Shown here piece after piece: positions 36,552 to 49,215 of a stretch of 64,000 nucleotides of DNA. Made by a program: the position numbers and the translations under genes. Below the pieces are notes generated by a model, which had not been told where the DNA came from, made no database searches, and was given only the letters and a program-made list of their open reading frames with translations. This DNA is from Psilocybe cubensis (taxonomy: Eukaryota). How positions within the stretch are numbered: position 1 is the first letter of the stretch; every line of letters begins with the position of its first letter. Location: contig CM039003.1 in the NCBI GenBank assembly GCA_017499595.2, positions 2,356,001-2,420,000 on the forward strand, in the 5' to 3' direction.

Positions 36552-37902
36552 ATGGGCCACGTTATCTCTGCAGCTACCACTGAAGGCTTCCCACCCAAGC
36601 CCAAGTGGGGCGTCGGTGACATTCCTGACCTGACCGGCAAAGTAATCATCGTCACTGGCGGTGCCGCTGGAATTGGCAAGGAAACCTCGAAGGCATGTTC
36701 TTTTCTCAAAAGAGTAATTATTTCAACGTACACGATTATTGATCCCTTGACTTTTAGGCGCTCTTGAACCACAACGCAAAAGTGTACATTGCCGCCCGCA
36801 ATGAAACTCTTGTACGAAAAGCTATAGAAGAGCTGAAGTCCGAGACGGACAAGGAGGCCCTCTTCATCAAACTAGACCTTGCTGACCTCAAGTCAGTCAG
36901 AGCTGCTGCTCAGGAATTCCAATCGTATGGAAATTTATTCTTGCGGCTGAATTTGAACTCAAAATTTCTCCCAATAGTAAGGAGCCAGAGCTTCATGTTC
37001 TTTTTAACAATGCGTGAGTAACGAAGTGGCCACCGATTGTCATCGTCGCTGATATACATGTATACTACATAGCGGAGTCATGGTACCTCCCATTGAGGCT
37101 GTCACAGCTCAAGGATACGATCTCCAATTTGGCACAAACGTCCTCGGTGAGATTTGGAACTTCGTTGAATAGAAGACGGATTGACTGATGCCACATTTTA
37201 CCAGGCCACTTCTATTTCACCAAGCTGCTCATGCCTCAGCTCATTGCTGGTTCCAAAACAAGCGGCGATGGAAAGGCCAGAATTGTCACCACCTCTTCCT
37301 CCGCTAGTGTTCTTGTTAGATCGATCAACTTCAACACTATCATTGACACTCCCGCACGGAAAAAGAGATCGAACTGGATGCTTTACGGAGAGAGCAAGCT
37401 TGTATGAATAGTTCATTCCTTTACTCAATCATCAGCTAAAAGTCATATAACAGGGAAGCATCGTTTTGGCTAACGAACTGGCTGCGAGATATGGGGACCA
37501 GGGAATCGTATCCACTTCCATGAACCCAGGAAACTTGAACTCAGAGCTCCAACGACATTTGAAAGGGCTTGAAGGATTCCTTGTGGTATGAATCTACCTC
37601 TTTCTACTGTCTGCGAAATCGGCTAATGCGGTTATCAATAGTCGAAGTTCCTGTACCCCGTGCCCATGGGTGCCCTGGCGCAATTGTACGCCGGAACCTC
37701 GCCTGAAGGCGTCAATTTCAACGGCAAGGTTTGTCTGCTCTATCTTTCTTTGCCGATATTCAGCTAAGCGGAGGATGTATAGTACCTTATTCCATGGGGA
37801 CGTATCGGCAAAAACCACCCTTTCGGTCAGAATGTTGCTGCGCGTAGGAAAGTGTGGGACTGGCTTGAAGAGCAGGTCGCGAAGTTCGAGGCGTCCTCTT
37901 AA
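36552..37902 (+). CDS. Short-chain dehydrogenase/reductase (retinol-DH/WWOX-like subgroup)
   Basis: [47 protein letters not shown], catalytic [36 protein letters not shown] at about 36460. Intron 1 is GC-AG (36693-36757). Confidence 0.93.
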
Positions 37903-38169
37903 ATCCATTATTCTCGGTCGGTTCCCATCTAGATGCATCTGTTTTCTGCCACGCCTTCAAAATCACGATCCCACGCAATATTTTAGTATACCCAGTCATT
38001 TTGCTTAACTGTATATGGTTACTTATTACATTTCTCGTCAATATATGTAAAATTCATGGACTTCTCCCTCATCAACTAGTTTTGAGTAGCGATAGAAGAT
38101 GTCAATGGACAAATAGGGAGATAACTCTATTGATACATAGTAACTAACACTGCCATTCATATTCGTTCT

Positions 38170-38970
38170 TCACAAGTACAAGGCACTGGCCATGGCGAAA
38201 TATATGGTTTGAAACTCTACGTGGCAGAATGTGAAGTCTACAGTCTCAATCAAGTCTGTAATGAATTGTGAGAAGGTAGGCTGTTGGACAGTCATCTTAT
38301 GTTTCTGAAAGAAGGTTTAGAATTGTGGCAATAAGAGAAATTTTAACCAATTACCTCTAAGCTTTCCCATCCAAACAGCAAGTAGATTTGATCGCCAGTG
38401 CCTTCGACGTCACCCCAAGTTAAAGGGGCATATGGACTACCTGCAATTTCTGGCTTGGTTGCTACAGATGTGAGAATATCATTGAGCTGCCTTTTGGATT
38501 TTCCCTTTTTCAACTTGAAGAAGGTCACTTCCATGGTGGGTGCTTTCATAGCCGGGAGCACTTTGTTGTTGAAGTGTACGACGTAATTGGTCAAGAATTT
38601 GTCGTGTTTCATCGACGGCAGTATACCACTGTTGCGCAGATAAACATGTTCGTCCACTACTAGCTTCTGTGGCATCGACATCTTCAAAACTGTGATTTTA
38701 TCAGAGGTGTGAACAACCGTCATGTACAAGGTTTAAATCCATATCTTACCTACAAAAATACAAATTGTGGTTTTATCCTCTTCGGACAATCCTGAGCGTA
38801 CGCTAAGCAAACATATTTTTCAAAAAAAAAAACCAATACTGTCCATCCAAGAAATTATACCAAATACAATCATCGCTCTGAGAGATATTCTCAAGAGCAG
38901 GGCTCAAGATGTAGGAGTTTGCGAGGTACGCATCAGAGGCAGTCTAGGAAATGATCTGGACCACAGACAT
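38170..38970 (-). pseudogene. ABM-like paralog with in-frame TAG at codon 9 (pseudogene or recoded gene)
   Basis: MSVVQIIS*TASDAYLAN...|VRSGLSEEDKTTICIFV|...AMKAPTMEVTFF...TWGDVEG...YLLFGWESLE|KH...CHVEF. The three introns have the same positions and phases as the gene at 2221-3486. Confidence 0.65.
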
Positions 38971-39729
38971 TATGGGCGTGCTTCTGTGTTGCAGGTCTTT
39001 TGATGGGTATGAACGGCTTCAAACTTATAAGCAATGAAGAGTGAAGCGAGTAAAATTCAATGCAATTCCCAATACAAACCCCGCTATTCTTAGGTCACAG
39101 TAGATACCTTAGCGTAGAAAGGTGAGAAACACTCACCCGTGCGTCTTAGCACATCGATTGCTTGTTGCACGATAATAAACAGATTCCAAAAAAAAAAAAT
39201 GCAATTCCCAAAGCGTGTCAATTTGGGGTCGTGTGGTAGGGCGACCCTGCAGCCATACAATCGGTTGGCTGGTCTTCGAGATTATCACATTGCTAGATTT
39301 TATGTATAGGAAGCTTGTCATGGCCAGCAAGTTTCCAGCTGTTTGCATCGTTGAGGGTCATTGAGATCGATCCGACTTGCCTGCCATAACTGCCAAAGGC
39401 GGCACTCCCTTATAGTGGATAGAACGCGTTTCCCGACTTGGCCAATAATCCCGAGGTTATGACGATGTTCACCTCGCCACCTCACCAATACCTGGCGATT
39501 TACTTGTGTTAACCACAAGGATCATTCGTTGGTCGAGGCACGAGTCCAAGTTTCGCCAGTTTCCTTCGCTCTTTGTCTGTGGTGACAATTACGTAATCTA
39601 ACCAGAACTTTCTTTGGACTTTGGCGCTGGCGATCACAAAGTGTACTCGCTCACAATGATCTTTGGCAGCTTCATCTTTGTCTCTTCCCATTTCTCTTCC
39701 ATTCTCACATCCTCGCTTTGTCAGTATCC

Positions 39730-42700
39730 ATGGCACAGAAACCTTCCCTAGTCGGCTCAATAGTCGAGAGGAAGCAGCCTTCATCATTTCCAACGCCAAA
39801 GCCTTTTTCATCGTCCAAGACAGGATTTCCGACCGTTCAGCATCGCTCCAAAAGCGCTTTTAGTCGCAATCGCGAAGAGCTTCGTAAATTTGGGGCCAAT
39901 AGAGCCAAAGAAGTACCTTCCGTGTTGCCATCCAATAAGCCGCTTTCGCCTCCCCCCACACCTCCAACCTCAGAGCCAAGTGACTGGAGAGACCAAATCA
40001 GCAGGGATAATGAGGAACGGGTAGCACAGATGACAGAAGAGGAACGCGAGGAAGAGAGAAGGCAGATTATTGAGAGATTCGGGGCAAACGTTGGAGACAT
40101 TTTAAAGCGTGCTCGTTTAGCGCGAACCAAAACCTCGCAGAAGGATGCTTCAGAGAAGGTCCCAGAGATTGAGGTTCGGGAGGCTACACCTAATTCTGCG
40201 CAAGGTCAGTCCTATTGACATGTGTATTGCGAATTTATCTCTAACTACGTTGCTTAGAACCCATTCCAATATCGCATGAGGACAGACCTATAGAACGAGG
40301 TAGGCTCACCTTGGCTACCCAGGAGCTTCGGGTTTTGTAATGTCTAATAACTGAATATTCATTAGCACTGTCACCTCCTCCTTCTGCTCTCGCCACACCA
40401 AGCAACAGCCGACCCTCTAGTCGTACCGATCGCAAATTGCGATTTGCTGAGCTCGAACCCAATGATGTCCATGTCTACGAGTCCGCACCATCCACTCCCA
40501 AGAAACGCAAAGCACTTGCCCTTCCTCCTCCCGATCCGAACGATAAGCATGGTGCAGTTTCTCTGGGCCAGTGGAAAGGCAAGATGGTGCCGGACAAGGC
40601 TGGCCAAATTGAACTGGATCCACCTCCCATTCCTAGTGAACCAGAAGAACCCGAAGAAGGCTCCGCGGAGTATATTCGCCGTCATTTTTTCCCTCATGCA
40701 CCAAAAGACGATCCCAACCTTGCCTGGATGGACCTTGATCCAGCCACTAGACCTAATGCTGGCCCTTCATCATCGACCTTGAGGTTTGATCTTCATGGCA
40801 ATCCTATCCCTCCATCACTCTCCGAAAGCCTTCCTACACATCTTGGACTGCATCATCATGCAGAAGGATCTCATGCTGGATATACTCTAGATGATATATT
40901 CTTATTATCAAGATCCACGGTACCTGCTCAGAGGGCTACTATGCTCAGCGTGTTGGCGCGCATAGCAAGCAAGTTGGAGAATGTGAAACAAGGAAAAGTT
41001 GATGACATGAATGAATTGGTTGGAAAAGAGGATGAGCTTCGAAATAGGATACTTGCCGCCGGAATTGAAGCCCTATCAAGCCGAGGCAATGTTGGCACAC
41101 GCGCCATAGAAGTTGTTTGGGAATGTATTGTAGGCTGGAATCTGGATATCATGGATCTCGAAGGGGTAGAACTCGAATCACCTTCCGATACTACCATTGA
41201 GACTCTGCCTCTTGAATTTTTCTTGCCTCAGGTCACCACCATTTTGTCGCAAGGTGGTGTTCCACCGGAATCTGCAAGCCAACTTCTTTCTATCTTGCAT
41301 CGTCTGACTCAGGAAAATTCCACTATCGCAACTAGTATCGTGACGACACCAAAACTGTTGTCGACTATCCTCCAGACATTCCTCTTAACTCCAATACCTC
41401 ATCAAGATTCGTCTTCTTCTACTCTTCCTGACCCCATTGCATTGCAATTTTTCAACACGCTAGCCCTTTCTTCTCGATCCAATGCCGAGGAAATTGAAAA
41501 ACTTGCAGACTCTCTTCTTCGATTTGTTGTCTTCTCATCCTTTGACTCGCCATATCCTCCAGCACTTGCAATGTCTCTTCTTATATTCACACTTCGATTG
41601 TATAAAGTTCTTGCATCCTATGGGTTGTATTCTCATATTGCGGGTACCGCTGTCGAACAATTGGCTCATATTGAGCAGTTTGTCATCTCAGAAGCATGCA
41701 ACTCCACGGAATTAACTGTAGCTTGGGCGAACCTTGTCGAAGCGTGGACAGTGTGCGCTACGGACCCCCACCAGACAACTCCACCTCATGACATATTATG
41801 GACCCAAGTTGTGGGTTGGAATTGGAATGTTGGGATTTCGGAGCTTCAGGAACGCTTGGAGGCTCGAGAGACAGATTGGCCGATGTGGACAGCTTCATGG
41901 CAAGCTCAGGCCGCATGGTTAGAAGGGTCAAAAATTAATGCGATCAAGGGCGGGGAGGCCGAGAGAGTTGAGCTCATGGAATCGGTCAAAGAGGGCTTCG
42001 AGTCCGGGAAAGAGTCGAAGGTCATACATGGGGCATTGAATGGGTTGAGGAAAGAGCTGCAAGGTTATATTGAAGGCAATATTGACCAGTTGAAGGCCAT
42101 GGCAAATAATGCTTCTGTCTTGGCATCCGCAATACGACTCTGGCTGTCTTGTATCCCACCTCATCTCGAAGGCGTGCCATCATCGCCTCCATTTTCTCTC
42201 CCATTCGTCGGATTGTCGGAATTGTCCCGTCAATTGCTGGAGTATCCTCTCTGGGCACTCATGGATTCGTCAAATTCATCCCGTGGTTATCTTTATTGCC
42301 GGGAAATGTCACGATTCATGTCATACTATCTTCTTCTTTCGAGGCGATTACCCCAAACTTCTCAAAGTTTGTGGTTGGCTCAGTCATTTTCTATTCTTCA
42401 AAGGCTAGGGCCGGGAGATGAAGATTTTGCGCAATTGGTTATCTCTGAGCTGTCTAAAATACTGACACAGCAATGGGCTGAAAGTCAAAAGATAAATGTA
42501 TCGCCAGTCATTTGGGAGAAAGGAGGATTGTCCATTTTAGAGCCGTTCATGTCAAACCTTCTTCGACCGAACCTGGAGGCGGTCATTGGGCCGCTGACTA
42601 TGACGCCTCAATCCATTAAATCGTCGACTTCACAGCGCCTTCCGGCCCCTTCAGCGTCAAAGAAGCTGGGTATGCCTTTACGTCGGGATTGGACGACGTC

Positions 42701-43670
42701 TCCACTAGATCATTTATTGCGGTCTGGAGATTCGGAGGTCTTCAAGGCATTACCTATATCTTGGGACTCCTCCGAGGTTGAAGTAGCGCGTGCATCCTTG
42801 TTTCTGACAAAGGTCGTCCAGGAATCCCTGCTCAACTTTTCGATGACTTCATTCGTCGTATCACGAGAGGAGGCAGAACTGTCCTGCATGAAAATATTCA
42901 TGTTAGAGCATGGTCAGACTCAGACTGATTCTACAGAGGAAGTGTTCCGGGATAGTGTTGTTGAGCATCTGATGGAAGACATATTGCGGCCTTATGCAAT
43001 TGGCTCCTCGGATGCATCTATTGTTGCCAGAACGAACCATGAAGACCTTGAAAAGGTGGCGAGTAGATTCCTGGGCACGGGTGTTCCCTTTTTCCAGTTT
43101 TATACCGACTTTGTTTCTCTTTATGACGCCATATCTTTTTCGCATCCTCTTTTTGCTCGTCTGCTTCTACCGCCCACGTCAATGCGGTATCCCCTTGATT
43201 ACAGAAAACATCTTTGGTGCGACTTCAATCATGTGGTGAAGACGATCCGCGTACCGGAATTACAGGTGTTATCCGCAGATATTCGAGAATACTTTTATCC
43301 GATTGAAAAAGATCCTCAAGTCATCGCATCGTATCTCAGTTCTTTGCTGAAAGACGATGTTCATGATTTTGTTCGTCTTGTAGCTCTGCATCATATCTCC
43401 TCCAACATTTGGCCCGACTTACAAGAAGAACCTAGAAGAGACTCATCTGAAGCTCGAGCAAGCACGCTACTGAAAACTGTCGTTGGCCAAAGTAAACTCG
43501 AGATCATCAGGGACGTTGTGCGCTATCGTCAGCAACCGGCTGGATCAATTTCACTTCCTCCTCACTGTTTCGAGGATCTTGTTGCCGTCAAAGCATCTAG
43601 ATTAGATTGCATCATGAAATGGGGAGGTCAAGCAATGTTCGATAGACTGCAAGGATTATTAAATGAATAA
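39730..43670 (+). CDS. RBA50: RNA polymerase II-associated protein 1 (RPAP1/Rba50)
   Basis: SLVGSIVER, GFPTVQHRSKSAF; RPAP1_N (ISRDNEERVAQMTEEEREEERRQI); RPAP1_C (LRFDLHG...PTHLGLHHHAEGSHAGYTLDDIFLLSRSTVPAQR). Two introns at about 40205-40257 and 40300-40365. Confidence 0.9.
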
Positions 43671-43971
43671 AGCAGTGTACTTCCCTCTGTTATCTTTTCG
43701 CGGCGATGTATTTAATTTATGGCAGATAGCTTATCATTTTTTACATTTCATACTGTACCATTAACGTAACAAATCTCAACATCCCAACACGTGCATATGT
43801 AGTCGTAGTTCTCCCTTCTGCAACTTCCTAAATAATTATTCATCCTTTTTGATACCATGATCATGATGTCGCAATCGCTGACTATTACCAGAGCGTGGAG
43901 ATTCAAACAAGAGCTTGATTAATCTTGACTGCTTTCTTGTCTTTTCTTGCGTTGATAAACAGAGTCTTTCA

Positions 43972-45774
43972 ATGCCTACCTTTGACTTCGCGAGCTGGCC
44001 CCCGACACTTTCATCAACACAGCTTGAAGACTTGACGCTCCAAGCTACTTCATACGCACTATCTCATGGAATTTTATACCTTCCACCAGCAGAGCGTCAA
44101 CCAATTATTCCTAGTGCTGCAATCCACGCGCCTGTGTCCCTATTCCCGTGCCCTTTCCCCCGCCACCTTTTTTATCAGGGAAAAAGGATTCAAAGGATCT
44201 ATAATGTTCTGTACTCACGAATTGCCATGGACGAGGAGTTTTTGGACCGAGTAATGGGCGCAGAGAAGGGCGTAGGCAAAGTCGACGATTTCATCGGTGA
44301 ATTGTGGAGAGGTTGGAAGAGATTGAGAGAAAACGGACTTGCCCAGGTATGGGTTTTTTTATCAATGGTTTCCGTATAATCGTTGCTGATACTATAGCTA
44401 TATGATGAGTAGCCACTACACCTTGGCCTCTTTCGGTCCGATTATCTCCTCCACGCGCCTTCAGACCAGCCCTTGTCTATCAAGCAGGTTGAGTTTAACA
44501 CCATATCTGTGTCATTTGGTGCTCTATCGCAAAGGGTTTCCGAACTTCACAGGTCAGCCATTATACAACATCTCCGCTGCGCTTTTGTTGACCTAGTTTA
44601 TAGGTTTCTCTTGGCGAGCACAGGCTATTGTAATAGTTCCCCCTATCTGAAGAGAGAAAATTTCCCAGAGAATGACACGATCGCAGGACTAGCCAACGGC
44701 CTAGCCGTTGCACACAAGGCGTACAACGTCTCAGGGTAAATCAACATCTGAAATTGTTCTCCTTCCCAGTTGACTGGTTACAGATCCCGAGTACTTTTTG
44801 TGGTTCAACCCGGGGAAAGAAATGTATTTGATCAGAGGGCATTGCAGTACGAATTGCTGGAAAAGTGAGGCATTGCTGTTATAGTTTGCCATTCCTTTTT
44901 GACACACAGAAAAAGGCACGGAATCCATGTTATCCGCCAAACTTTCGATGAATTGGCCACTTCAGCCTCCATTAATTCGGATAGCTCTGCCTTACGGATA
45001 TCATGTTCTGAGGATGTCCACCCTTCGAAACAGATCGAAATATCAACAGTGTATTTCCGCGCAGGGTATATGCCTTACGACTATCCTACTCCATCTCATT
45101 ATATCACCCGATTCAAACTTGAGCAATCGAAGGCAATCAAATGTCCAAGTATCGCTTTACAGCTTGCCGGTGGCAAGAAAGTGCAAGAGGTCCTTACTCA
45201 ACCTGGGGTACTCGAACAATTCTTGGCCGACAAAAAGAAATACGGTGTAAATGTGTTCAGTCCTGAGGAAATTGCAGAACTTCGTGACAGCTTTATGGGG
45301 ATGTGGGGTCTGGATGTTGGTGAAGATATGCTGAATCCTGACATTGCTGCTGTACAAGCCGGTCAAGAAGAATTCGGAGTTCGCAAAGCCAGGTCAGAGG
45401 CCTTATCCTTGGTTCTTAAACCTCAGCGTGAAGGTGGTGGAAACAACGTTTATAAAGAATCAATTCCCGCCTTTCTCGATACCCTTCCTCCTCAGGAACG
45501 TCAAGCATGGATTGCCATGCAGCTTATCAAATCACCGGAAAATACTGGAAACTATCTCATTCGAGCTGGTGGCCTCGATCTAAAAAGTCAAATGCCGGTC
45601 AAGGCCGATGTAATCAGCGAACTGGGAATTTTTGGTTGGGCGCTGTTTGGCCAATCAGTGGATACACAAGAAGAAGAAGTCGGGTGGTTGATGCGCACGA
45701 AAGGAAGGGACAGCAATGAGGGTGGCGTTGCGACTGGATTTTCTGTACTGGACTCGCTCGTGTTAGTTGATTGA
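43972..45774 (+). CDS. GSH2: Glutathione synthetase (eukaryotic)
   Basis: HAPVSLFP, LGLFRSDYLLH, KQVEFNTISVSFG, VVQPGERNVFDQR, VYFRAGY, AIKCPSIALQLAGGKKVQ, VLKPQREGGGNNVY, SELGIFG, NEGGVATGFSVLDS. Confidence 0.96.
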
Positions 45775-46093
45775 TATAACATAGATGTAAGTTTGCTTCA
45801 TCTACCTTTTCTATTGAAGAATTTTAATCTTCGACGTTAGGTCATGTAAATTTTCAATCAAATGTATCTTAAATCGCTTCAGAACGGGGATCTTAACTGT
45901 TTTTCATAAAACAAATGATCGCGAAGGAGTTAGCGTGGATAGTGTAGGTTATGAACCGAGGCGTTGCACATATCGGGGAACAACGACATAAGTTGGCGAT
46001 TATTTCCAAGACCGATAAATTTCCTCAACCGATAATTTTCCCTATCGACTTTAAAGCGCTTGAAATTGCAAAGGCTGTTAAAAGCCATACCCC

Positions 46094-47272
46094 ATGATTG
46101 TGGCTAATTTTCTGTATGTTTTGGTTTATGCTACGACCAGTCTCGCAACTCCCATTATCTATGATGGAAGAGCATCATTCAACTACACGAAAGCTCACCT
46201 CGACAGTTCTACGGACCCGTTTTTGACGTGAGCTACTTCCTCTATACTCATCACCCTACTAGTTCACGATCATAGAATTAAGGGTAGTCAGAGGGTCAAA
46301 AAACGCGTCTCATGTGAGTTTCCCCTCCCTCCAAAAGCGTTGATATCGAAATCCTTTCTCCTAGTATACCACATTGTTGGGTACAAAGGTCCCTCCAACT
46401 CCTCTCTGGAACCATCGCGATTTTCCGCTTCTTTCATTTCCTACCGTGCCAATTGAACAATCACTTGCTGTGTCGATAGACAATAGTTCTGTTTTCGCTC
46501 CAGGAGGCAATCCACAATATGGGTTTCGCCGTACAGATATTATCGCGCAAAAGAATAGGAGTCCAGTCAACCTGCTACCCCAAATGGAAACAGCGACCAC
46601 TGTTTTCCATTTCTCTATCAAGATGGACGAAAAACGACCTCTCAATTATAATCACGAATATCAAGTTGTGTTCATTGAACCTAATGACGGTTCGCACGTC
46701 TTTGGAATTCAACTAGGTGGGTTTTCATCGTATCTCTTGCTGTTTAAAAGGCTGTAACACTCCCGTAGGATCACCATTCACGAACCCCACCGCTAAATTA
46801 CCAACCAAGAACGCCCGTCATTTTAAAGTTCTTGACCATGGCCTGAATGTCCTCTTCTCGACTCCGTTCACTCCTATAAATTGGCACAACTTTGCGGTTC
46901 AAGTGGACTGGGACAGCAATACGCTTGCTGTTCTGTATTCGAAAAACTCAGACCTACTTAGAGCTGTCACGAAAGTGATTCCAAATCCAACCCATCCAAC
47001 TGGGCCTGTGGGCCAGGGTGACTTCCATTTTGGTGTTCTCAAGGTACGATAGTAAGATGTTTGACAGAAGCTATCTTTCTGAGCGTACCCATCTCAAATA
47101 GCTACCTTTGGTCAATCCCAAAGATTCCCCTGCTGATCAAGGCGATGTCGTTCACCATGGTATTCAAGAAGGGACTACAGAAGGTCTACTTTATTCCGGA
47201 ATATTTGTCGAAGGTATCCAGAATGGAATCAGTGTCGGGGGAGGACGATTTATTAAACCGATTGGTAAATGA
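46094..47272 (+). CDS. Secreted glycoside hydrolase family 131 beta-glucanase
   Basis: Signal peptide (MIVANFLYVLVYATTSLA), then IIYDGRA, SIDNSSVF, QYGFRRTDII, FHFSI...PLNYNHEYQVVF, WHNFAVQVDW, GDFHFGVLKLP and EGLLYSGIFVE, characteristic of GH131. No CBM1 seen. Confidence 0.85.
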
Positions 47273-47420
47273 TATTGTAAACTATGAATTTGTCTCAAAA
47301 GAATTACGTTGGTTTTTGGCATTTGCGCTCACCTTTAGCCGACCGGAACACGGACCGGTCGCTCACGGCACGAGTATTTTAAGAAAAATGACGACATGAA
47401 GGGACTATATCCTGACGGTC

Positions 47421-49215
47421 ATGGCTCCTGTTTATCAGAAAGTTCCCACTGTCGACCAGGGACGCTTGCAACCGTCCACGGTTGAAGAGGAACTGAAAGA
47501 TTTTTATCATCCCACACTTTCAGCAAACGAAAACTCAGCGGAACACGCCGACGAACTCAGACCACTCAATAAACGAAGGCTCAGGCGGATACATTTCATC
47601 TTCGTTGTCCTCTTCACCATATTCTACATGGCGTTTTTTATGGCACGCAGTTATTTCATCCCGCGGGGAGTGTCTCCAAGAACAAGAATGAAATGTCATG
47701 AAACCATGCATCGTCTGGGGCTTGCTGGCCATATGCATTACAATGGAACATTGAATCGCAACATGTCGATTAATGTTATTTCAGGGAAGCTTCCTACTCA
47801 TTACACGCTGCCTTCTGGGGACAAGATACCATCAGTTGCATTAGGTGTGTGATTTGTTTTTCTTCATAAACGCCATATTAATTGTTTGTCCATCCCGTAA
47901 GGCGTTTGGCGTGCTGATCCAGGTGAAGTAGGTGAAGCAGTCAAGGTAGTCCACGAGAACTACTCTCCGCCATCGCACTTACTGATAGAAACTTGTAGAC
48001 TGCGCTAAAGACCGGGTATAGGCATATCGATGGAGCTTGGATTTACGGTGTACGTGTCAATTCTTCAAAAGCGTGTTCCATGTGTTGTGGTATACCGTTG
48101 GAGTAGCTGAAACATGTGTATATCAGAACGAAGCCGAAGTTGGTCAAGCTATAAAAGACAGCGGTATTCCTCGCAAAGACATATGGCTCACCTCAAAGCT
48201 GTGGAACTCGTTCCACGCCCCTCAAGATGTTGAGGCCGCCCTCAATGAATCTCTCACCAAATTGGGTACTGATTACCTTGACTTATACTTGATCCACTGG
48301 TTCGTCCTTCTTGAAGGGTCTCCTTTCCGTGTATTAAGTATGCTTTAGGCCTGTTGCATTCAAAAATAATGGGAAGAAGAATGATGTCGACTTTGACCTC
48401 ACCGAGAATACCTATGCCACATGGCAGAAACTCGAAGAGATGGTCGACAAAGGCAAAGTTAGGAACATCGGACTCAGCAAGTTCGTTGTTATTCTTGGAC
48501 TCTGAATGTATCAACTGAATCATTTGCAGCTTCAATATAAGGCGAATTCAGAAACTAGCCTCAAACCCGTTGAAGGTTAAGCCAGCCGTCAATCAAGTGG
48601 AACTGAGCTATTGGAACCCTCAGCCTGAGTTGCTTCAGGTATGTCCACACGATAGACTGATCATTGAGTATTAGTAAAAGCATGTTTTCTTTAGTGGGCA
48701 AAAGACAACGACTTACTCCTTGAGGCTTATTCTCCTCTTGGAAGCCAGGAGAAAGTAAAGGAGAGTCTGAATATACCCGAGGTAAGTTGGCGAATAGAGG
48801 TGCCAGTAATCCTACTGAACTGAAGATATCATTGATAACGTGTGTCCTTCAGGTTAAAGCCATTGCAAAGGAGCTTGGTATAACCCCGGCACAAGTATAT
48901 ATTTCATGGCACATTCAGCGAGGCGTACGTAATATTTTGTTCCACGGTGATATTTTGCAGCTCAACATAATCTCTATGCTATAAAATAATTAGACTGTAG
49001 TGCTTCCGAAAAGCGTCCACCCATCGCGTGTTCAAGAAAACTTCCAGGGTATGCTGGCATCATTAAATCAAAACGATCCGAACTCTACACTGACAGCTAT
49101 ACCACTAGTAACTGTTTTACCGGACGATGCATTTCAGAGAATCGAGAAGATTGCTGCTAGTCATGAACCTCACAGAAGTGTAAACCCCAAGTGGGGAGTT
49201 GACATTTGGAACTAA
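47421..49215 (+). CDS. Aldo-keto reductase with N-terminal transmembrane extension
   Basis: [66 protein letters not shown]. The catalytic D/Y/K/H tetrad is present. Confidence 0.92.

Noticed and set aside
36552-49215. Secondary-metabolite cluster (SDR, ABM-like, AKR, ATP-grasp)
   Set aside because: No backbone enzyme; the ATP-grasp protein is ordinary glutathione synthetase, and housekeeping genes are interleaved.
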